Positions 22,580 to 30,866 of a DNA stretch of 33,047 nucleotides are shown one piece after another (the first letter of the stretch is position 1; every line of letters starts with the position of its first letter). The DNA comes from Selaginella moellendorffii. Lineage: Eukaryota > Plantae > Lycopodiophyta. A program made the translations under genes and the position numbers. The notes beneath the pieces are model-generated. The model was not told the origin of the DNA. It ran no database searches and saw only the letters and a list, made by a program, of their open reading frames with translations. The DNA lies in contig NW_003314488.1 of NCBI RefSeq assembly GCF_000143415.4, positions 1 to 33,047 of the forward strand, given 5' to 3'.

Positions 22580-24955
22580 CAAAAATGGATTGATGCCACC
22601 AATGCATTTAATGAAGCTGTTCAGTTAACCACTCAGGATAGTGCCAATTTCATCATGCTGCAGATTGAGGAGGTTTCTGCCTTACAGGATGCCACCACAA
22701 CCCTTGAGGTGAGGGCACAGGGGGATGCTGAAGTTCTCTCACAGGTGCAGTGGCTGAAACACAAGCTTCTTGGTTGCTTTGGCGTGGAGAGCACAAGTGA
22801 CGAGGAAATGCTAGATGCTATTGTTAGACACCCTGAATTCCATTGGGCTGGCGGTGAAATATTTCTGCGGCGCGTGCTTTTCAACCAAGCCATGCCTCAT
22901 TGGCAAGATTGGGAGAGTCTTCTTCTTAAGCTTGGCCTTTCAGAAGCACAATACGAGGATGTGTTTTATGACAACACAATCCAACAACTCCTTGCTGAAG
23001 TAAGTATTAATGTGCCTCCTTCAATTCTTGAGTCCACAATAGCATGGTTCATTGAGAAGAGGTACGTGTATCTATTTCTTAGCACTTAGTACCATCTTAT
23101 GGTTTTGTGCAGGGACCTACGTAAGAATTGGGTGGCTGCACAACAATTGAGAAAACTATTTGACACTACTGAAACACTGTATTGTAAGTTCTCTTGTTTT
23201 TGCATCGAGAAGGCCATGCTTCGGCCATACAGACTTGCTCGTACACGTTTGAGGCCGTCTCGCATTCTGGTAAGCAATGGATTGCCTATGAATTGGAGTT
23301 ACTTCACTTGTCCTTCTAGATTGCACCAAACAATGAATTCAATTGTTTCCAATTCACCTTCAATCACCGAATTACAAAGTGGTCTATGCGTCTGAGATTG
23401 GGGGAGCTTTGGTGTGGGAGGAATCCACAATAGATGTGGGTGGGCCATATGCAAACTATGCGGAGATGAATATGTCCTCAGTGTAATCTCCGTACACGTT
23501 TGGCTGGTACAGGCTCGTACACGTTTGAGGCCGTCTCGCATTCTGGTAAGCAATGGATTGCCTATGAATTGGAGTTACTTCACTTGTCCTTCTAGATTGC
23601 ACCAAACAATGAATTCAGTTGTTTCCAATTCACCTCCGCAGGTGAATTGGTCCTCAGTGGACGCGGAGATGCGGAGATGCGGAGATGAATATGTCCTCAG
23701 TGTAATCTCCGCACACCGAATTACAAAGTGGTCTATGCGTCTGAGATTGGGGGAGCTTTGGTGTGGGAGGAATCCACAATAGATGTGGGTGGGCCATATG
23801 CAAAAGCCATTAGGGAGGCTGTTCGCCAGATTCTAGGATCGGTAAGTCTAATTTTCACTTGGCTCACTAAAGTAATTTTGTGTTACAGACGCGTGGACTG
23901 TTTGTGTTTAGGGAAGGAACCACATATTGGCATCCCAGGATGCTAGTGCATTCTAGGACGTTGCGACAAGAAGAGCGGGATGTGGTAAGTTAAGTTTAAA
24001 GCATAAGTTTTATATACTCCTCACTTTTATATGCACAGGCTACCTTTGTGGGATGGTTGCTATTCCAAGCGTTCGAATGTAATACACATGTTTCTCGCGG
24101 GTGTACAATTGCAACATTGGCAATTGCAGTTGGAGAGGTTCCAAACGAAGATGACCGACGACTTGCCCGAGGAGGACTATATGAGATGGACCTCAAGGCA
24201 TGCGCACCGCATATCTGGAATGCACTCAACCAATTGCGAGGTGCATCAAGCTTAAAGGAGGAGGGTGATCAGTGCAAGTCTATGGATTCCATCCTAGAGA
24301 ACCCTGCAATTACTGACTACAATGCAGTGCTTGAGTCTAGACTCACCGAACTTGGTGAAGGTTATGAGAATGCTGTGGAGGCATGTGTGGCTGCGGTGGT
24401 TTGGCATTACCTATTCATCGAGCCAAACGTAGTGGGAGACTTACTCTGAGATGGCTTCCAACACTCAATGTGCATGGAAGCTCGTCAGAGGCCTTACAAG
24501 AGTCCAGCATTGCTAGGTGGGCTTTCACTCATTGGGACATATGCTTTGTTACAAGTCTTCCGGGTAAGGACGATCATTCCTCCCGCGGAGTTCATCAACT
24601 GCCTGATCTTTGATCAGGACTTTGGAGAAAACTTCCACATCTGGATTGTAGACATCATTCGAGGTAACTATTTACTTTCACAAACAACTAAAACTCTTGT
24701 ATGTTTGAACATTTTATAAATATGAGCCCGAAAGAGTTATCCAAGTTCCATCACTTTGCGGTTGATTCTCCAGAGTTCCGACCGGGAGAGCTTATTTGGA
24801 TCCAAGTTGAGAGACAGCGTACATCATCTACTCAATTTCCCAGGTTCTCCACATGCACACGAGAAGTTTTCTTCCCTTTAACATACCCGTCAAAGGAGTG
24901 GACCAAAATCCAAAGAGCTTGTATGGATTGGGCTGATGTTGTGGAAGTAATGTAG
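22580..24955 (+). pseudogene. 3' part of the transposon-borne gene with a divergent C-terminal HECT E3 ubiquitin ligase domain
   Basis: HECT-like motifs in the right order: EESTIDVGGPYAKAIRE (GExxxDxGG box, ~23770), FVGWLLFQA, DLKACAPHIWNALNQL, L*DGF, MSPKELSKFHHFAVDS and FPRFSTCTREVFFPLTYPSKE (LPxAxTCxxxLxLPxYxS; Cys codon 24854-24856). Lesions are a frameshift near 23765, a stop at 24447 and a probable AG>AA acceptor at 24719. Confidence 0.82.
23237..23803 (+). repeat. Rearranged local tandem duplication inside the HECT gene
   Basis: 23237-~23495 repeats blocks of 23513-23803 almost identically but in shuffled order. Confidence 0.93.
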
Positions 24956-25076
24956 ACACTTTCATAATAAAAATAGATAATTGTCTTGAAATATGTTTCA
25001 CACTTTGAAAGAGACTCTTTCCAGTTCATTGGCGAAGTTAAAGGTAAGAATATTCAAAATATTCCACAAATGCCCA

Positions 25077-25667
25077 TTATAGGCATTTGCGGCCCTTAGT
25101 ACCCTTTTGGCTTATGCTTGTCTCACCAAGGGTAATCACTATAGCTTCCAAAGCAACTCCCAATTTAGGTTCTGGGTCAAAACTATCGAGCTTGGGTGCT
25201 ACATGATGCCCATCCTCGCTTGAGGAACTCTCAACCTGTTTGGTAGAACCCAAATCACCCTCTGGGTCTGTGAACTCATCCTCACTTGCATCTCGAGCAG
25301 TAACATATCCCTCGCTGTCGCTTTCTTCAGCAGGACCTTTCCCCTCGGTGATTGGCACAAGATTAGAAGTAGTCTTGGGTTGCCTTGTCGGAGGGATTGT
25401 CGAGCCTTGAGAGGAGGAGGCATCATATAGAATCCTCGGTCCTGTCCCCTGTTGGATCCATTGTTGTGCCTCAAAGAAGTCATAAAATCCTCTCCAGTTT
25501 GCCATGCCAGGAGGAAACCCAGAAACCTCAAACATTGCAAAAGGGTTAGACCATATAGGAAACTATTACAAATCTACTCTTACCAAAGTGAGCACGAGCT
25601 TCCAACCCCTGAAAACTCCAGTTCTTCGGCCGCAGCGCACGGCATACATTGGATAGTTTTGCCCCAT
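25077..25667 (-). CDS. Two-exon protein: N-terminal RNase H1 hybrid-binding (Cauli_VI/viroplasmin) domain plus acidic tail, ~177 aa
   Basis: Exon 1 (25667-25584) is MGQNYPMYAVRCGRRTGVFRGWKLVLTL. A 57 nt GT-AG intron follows (25583-25527). Exon 2 (25526-25077) begins VSGFPPGMANWRGFYDFFEAQQWI. This matches the YAVRxGRxxGIYxxWxxxxxxVxGFP...KxFxxxxEAxxF pattern. The frame is intact. Confidence 0.8.
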
Positions 25668-25695
25668 GCTTGGAAACCCTTTTTACAAATTTCAA

Positions 25696-25968
25696 AATTT
25701 GAAACGGTTATGATTGGAAAATATTGTAAGTGTCCATTGTCATTGCTCTTTTCACCTAAATGTTATTACATGCAATTGCAACTCCCATATTCTCAAATCT
25801 CCTTCAGCATGTTCCTCTTGAGAGAACTCCAGGTCCAATTTGAAACAATTATAATTGGAAAATGTTGAAAGTGTCTATTGTTATCCTGAATGTTACTACA
25901 TGCAATTGCAACTTCCACATTCTCAAATCTCCTTTAGCATGCTCCTCTTGAGAGAACTCTAGGTCCAA
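25696..25968. repeat. Two diverged tandem units of ~135-140 bp
   Basis: 25696-25836 and 25837-25968 share AATTTGAAAC...ACATGCAATTGCAACT...CCTCTTGAGAGAACT. Confidence 0.9.
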
Positions 25969-26859
25969 ACATCAACACTATGCACTTTTGCATAGTACAC
26001 AATTGAAATATGAGCCCCACCAATTCATCGAATTGGTTAGACTTCAACCTACTTTTGAGTCATATGCAAATTTTCTAAGCATCATAGTACAAAACTCAAG
26101 TGTTGAGAGAGCTACACTAGAAATCAATTGTAACGAAAGATAAACTCAATGGGATCTATTAAAGACATGACTCCAGATAGTATATATCCATGGCTTTGCA
26201 ATGGAGCTAGATGGAGTTCACTTACGTTTGCTATGAACACTATGTTAAAAGAGGTGTGCCCAGGTGTAACTCAATTTCCAACATTTTCCAGCTATGAGAG
26301 CCTAGGAGTTCTTCGCGTCCATGGTGAATGCACCTCAAGAATCACAGTGCAAGACAGAGGAAGCAAGAGGATTCAATGATTGCCTAGACACGGCAGCGGG
26401 TAACAATGGAAGCATCGATGATTGCGAGTAGCACAGCGGCGGTCGGCAATGTGGGGAGGACATGGCGATGGCTGTCGATGACGATCAAGGCTGCCACACT
26501 CCCAAATTCTAGATGGAGTTCACTTACACTTGCTATGACACTGTTAAAAAAAGTGTGCCAAAAAAGGATAATTTAATTCTTTTGCCATGAGCGCCAAGAG
26601 CAAGATGTGAGAACATAGTGCTCTAGATAAGGTAGTATGGTATGCAATTTAGTTGATTGTCATTTGGTTTGCAACATTAACAACTTGCTCGAATGCATGG
26701 GATGAATGGGTCTATGGGCCATGAATGGCTCCATTCCATATATAGCATGGGTCATTGCTATGGGCATGATGCCCCATCCGGGGCATAAGGATTGGATATT
26801 TGTAAAATATTCTATGCCTGTGTTTTTTTCACTCGGACCAATAACAGGCACACACGTGG

Positions 26860-26913
26860 TGTGAGTGAAATCCACCGTTGTAAAATCCACCCTTTTACGA
26901 ATTGCACGCCATA
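26860..26913 (-). repeat. Right terminal inverted repeat
   Basis: Reverse complement of 6211-6264. Confidence 0.95.
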
Positions 26914-27109
26914 AATATACCTGATATGAAACAATTCGTCTTCAGTGCATTCCTGTATCCCTATCCACCACCTCATAATTTGATGATGTCCCTGCATAAG
27001 CATGTGCTACTTGGAAAGCAATGAATGTAAAACATATGTGAGCTCCTCCAATAGCAAAGCTAACTAGCATAGACAACTGAAACAAATTGTTAAGCAATTA
27101 TCCATAAAT

Positions 27110-27480
27110 AAATCTAGCTTACCTCCAGCCACATAGCCCAGTGATAGCAAAGTATATAGATACGGAGTGAAGCAAGGAAGTTGTGCAGAATAATTTAGCC
27201 CAAACTTCCCAGTTCGAATGTAGCATGCATAGAAACCCCAGTGGAGAAACATCCTCTTTAAAGGGCTATAATTTAAATACACTTTTCTTTCATCTTAGAA
27301 CAAATAGCTTTTCAGAAAAGATCTCGGAGACAGTGAAGGCTGTTTTCGTTCTCGAATCCATATAGCTAGAAACGCAATAGCGACCACAAATCTTTTAGTG
27401 ATATTTAAAGATAAAACCAAGCACGAACTTTTTGTAATGGTCGGCAAGCAGCTCGCGCGCAGACTGGACACATCGCCTCT
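27110..27480 (-). pseudogene. Probable MtN21/EamA (WAT1-related, UMAMIT) transporter relic
   Basis: RFVVAIAFLAIWIRERKQPSLSPRSFLK and GLNYSA resemble the FVVYRHAIA...ERKxRPxL..F.K and GLxYTSA motifs of this family, with deletions. Confidence 0.6.
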
Positions 27481-27692
27481 CAAATGATGTATATATCCTT
27501 TTTCCAATCTAGCTTTATTTGTGGAGATCTTGGCCGTTTTCGATCTAGTAGCTACGTCTTGGAGCAGCTCAAGAGCCGGGAGCTTGAGCTGCACAGGAAG
27601 TGTTCCTGCTTCCATTCCTTTGAGTTTTGTTATACCAGAAGGAAGGGAGCTGAAGCTCTAAAGGTGAGGCTTTCGCTTCTCCTTTTTTCTGA

Positions 27693-30060
27693 TCATTGTT
27701 TCTGCATGTGATGGAATCGGTTAGCATCTCTCACGGTTATAGATACCACCATCTTGGATACAGACTTGATAGCCGAGTGGCAATCCCCACACACATGAAA
27801 GATCTCCTTCGTGTCGGGAACGTAGCCAGCGTGCCACATTTCTCTCGCCAGCCTCTGGAGATCCGCGACGATATCTTCGCTGTGACGATGCGAAAGATCC
27901 CCCACCACGAAACTGTGAACTTCGCTGCCAAACTTGATCCCCGGAACTTTTCTCACTCGCCTCGACTTCATCAGGTTCCGGATCATCGACACCTTGTCCC
28001 TCCTCCAGATCGACGAGTACATGTTCCAGAGAACCACGTATGCAGTCGTGTAGCGTCGAAGATCTTCGCCGCGACTTGCTCAGCTCAATCGGCATCGCGG
28101 TGGATCAGGCGACAAGCTCCCAGCAGCGACATCCAGATCACGATGTCTGGAAGGAATGGCATCGAGTTGATGACGGTGCTCAGAGTTCTTCATGCAGAAA
28201 TAGCGCTCTCTCCTCGGCACCATCCCCAAGCAGACGAAGTGGTCCCAGCCCTCGGCCACGAGACCGAGATTCATAAGATGGAAGACTTCCCCGTTTCGAG
28301 CATAAGCCCACACCAAGGTCATCTCGGAAACGAAGCTGCGCATCTTCATGCTCTCAATCATGCTCCTGGCGGCGCCGAGATCGCTCAAAAACTTGCAGCA
28401 GACGATGGTCTTGCCTGGAAGAACCTCACGGCCCCGCCAAAGTGCCCACTCTCGGCATACGCGAGGAGCATCACGCTCCACCAGACTGGATTCTTTTCCG
28501 GGATTTGAACGAAGATTTTCTTCGCGAGGGCGACAAAGCCTTGGTAAGCTAAGCTTGCACAATTGCCGTCCACGCCACCACGTCCTTATCCGGCATGGAA
28601 TCAAAGATCTCTCTCGCGTTGGCAAAATCCCTTCTTTGGGCATTCTCGTAGTTCTCCGGAGCCGATGGAACACCCTGTCCAATTCTTCCAGGAATCATTC
28701 TGCGGATAGCACAGCAGTAGATTCGTCCACGACATGGCCGGCATTCTATCAAAACTCGATTTTGCTGCCTCGATTTTCCCCTGCGCGAGTGCTGTGATCA
28801 TAGCTCTGGAACACGATCGATCACCGCCGGGCAGTCCCGGATCTGGATGCCGCCACATATCCAGCGATCATCGGGTTCCACGAGACAAGATCACGAAACT
28901 CCATCCCGTCAAAAGTGTCTTGGCAAGCTCAAGTTGCCCGAACTGGGGATACAGTGTAATGAGCAAGTTCTAAGATGCCACGTCATGATCCGCCATGGAA
29001 TCGAAGATATTCTTCTCCTGGTCGAGATTGGAGCTCCGGATATAGGACCTCACGATCACTTTGCAGAACAAGAGATCCCAGTGGGGCATTCGATCAAAGA
29101 GGCTCTTGGATCGCGCAATATTCCCCTCCCTGGCACATTCGATCGAAGAGCCGGGATGCGATCGAAGAGCTCGGCGGCATTGAAGGTGTTCCCAGGAGTA
29201 TTTCGGTGATCAAGAGAGATCGCGCATCCGCAGCGCTGCCGCAGCGCCCATACAACTGGATGAGGAGATTGGCGAAGAAAATATCCTTGCCACGGCCAGC
29301 AGCCCTCACGAGATCCGCCAGGAAATGCCGCTCCTCTAGCCCTGCGATCGCAGCAGTCATTCGCCCCCGACATTGCTCTCGTTTTGGTTCTCGTGATCAT
29401 AGGCGACCATTGATCGCGGGCGATTTGGATCTTCCCCAAATGGCTGCAAGCCGAGAGGATGGTGATGAACGACACAAGATCGATCCTCACTCCACCGTCG
29501 GGCGTGGCCTCGTGGAAGAGTTGGATGGCTTGCTCAGTTTGGGCATATGCTTCCATCATCAAGTTCCAGGCCGCAAGATGCGATCGTTTGACAGCATCCC
29601 GGAAGAGATCGTGAATTGCTGCTGGACGAGTTTGATTCACGCTTACGCTCACGATGGCCGCGTGATCGAGGCTAGAACTGTGCTCGCCGCAATGCCCACG
29701 AGAGTAGAGGATCGCGTAACGTTCCATCTCGGCATTTGGTGCTGGATCTTGAGGGCGTCCTCCATTCTCCCGGCCTGGCCGAGCATTGCGACAAGCATAT
29801 CAAGTCCCTTGTGGGCATTTGGTGGTGGATCGCCATCGACATGCCCGTGCTGGGCATAGGCGGCAGCGATTGCTGTAGGCAACTGTGGCATTCGATCAAA
29901 CAGCAGCTTCGGTCTGTCCAGGATGCCGTTTTCCATCAGCCCATTCCAAGACACGAGATTCTGCTGGGCCATCCGGGAAAACATCCTCTCGGCCTCTTCT
30001 ACAAGGCATAGCCCGACACTATTGTTGTCCACGAAACCAAGTCCCTCGTCACCATTGTCT
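27693..30060 (-). pseudogene. PLS-class PPR pseudogene with E/E+/partial DYW domain, copy 2
   Basis: PPR motifs: AERMFSRMAQQNLVSWN, DIFFANLLIQLYGRCGSAADAR and AREIFDSMPDKDVVAWTAIVQA. C-terminus: VRKVPG...VHSFVVGDLSH...AGYVPDT...VCGDCHSAIK...VRDANRFHH. Multiple frameshifts. Confidence 0.93.
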
Positions 30061-30339
30061 CAAACACACCTCGAGCCTAATTCCCGATGTGCATGAAAGC
30101 TCTCACCAATGAAGTTGATAGTATTGAGGTTAGTGAGATCCAGGTGGCCTTGCCAGGTTACTGGAGGATTTTTGAGTCATGATTCTTGGTTTATCAAATA
30201 TAAATCCATTGTTTCTTTTCATGGTATCATATCTTGGGACGATGGCTCTCATTAGTGAGGCGGAGGATGAGCCACCTTAATCAGAAGTGGATGGCACTTG
30301 TTGGCTGACAAGAAGGTGAGCCACAAGATCATGGTTGCT

Positions 30340-30590
30340 GCACTAGAGCCCAGATCAGGGCAGAGGCACTGGGTGCTGACTGAGACAGACAAGTGTTGCT
30401 AGAGGAGGTGATGCCAGGGAGCAAGCTGTGTGCTGTGTGTGGTGTGGAGTACAAGTTGTGCTCTAGATGCTGCCAGTAGAGGTGTTGGACAGTGCTGGAC
30501 GTGCTGTCTAGAGGCGCTGGGAAGAGCCGCTGCTGAGGCGACACATGATGGGTGCTTTGAAAGGCACTGGATGGAGGATCCAGAGGAGGA
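30340..30590 (+). pseudogene. Possible zinc-finger (MYND-like) fragment
   Basis: KLCAVCGVEYKLCSRCC followed out of frame by FERHW. Stops are present. Confidence 0.25.
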
Positions 30591-30866
30591 GCAGTTTCAG
30601 TAAAAATTCAACGTAAACCATCAATATGTTCACCTGAGAGCAATAGTGTTGTTGGTCAATCCCATACATGTATTGAAGTAGGGATGATGAGAGAAGAGCA
30701 GGCTCATTTTAGGGCAAACGTGGCCTAGATGAAATGCAATTTGTATGGATCATAGTGGCACGATCCAGGGCCTCAATACAACGCAGGTCACCTTGAGAGA
30801 GCAGTTGAGGATGAGAGGGAGACCTAGATACTCAAAAGGAATATAAGAGGGAGACTTCCAATGGAC

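Larger units (their letters stand above)
6211..26913 (+). mobile_element. Large TIR DNA transposon (IS3EU-like) carrying transposase, HECT ligase and RNase H1 hybrid-binding-domain genes, with two nested LTR elements
   Basis: TATGGCGTGCAATTCGTAAAAGGGTG at 6211-6236 is the exact reverse complement of 26888-26913. Identity extends to 47/54 bp. AATAT flanks both ends (6206-6210 and 26914-26918). A DDE transposase gene starts within ~450 bp of the left end. Confidence 0.9.

Noticed and set aside
27696-29859. Plus-strand ORFs of 270 aa and 294 aa
   Set aside because: They are antisense shadows of the PPR pseudogene. The only PPR-like part is the micro-inversion.
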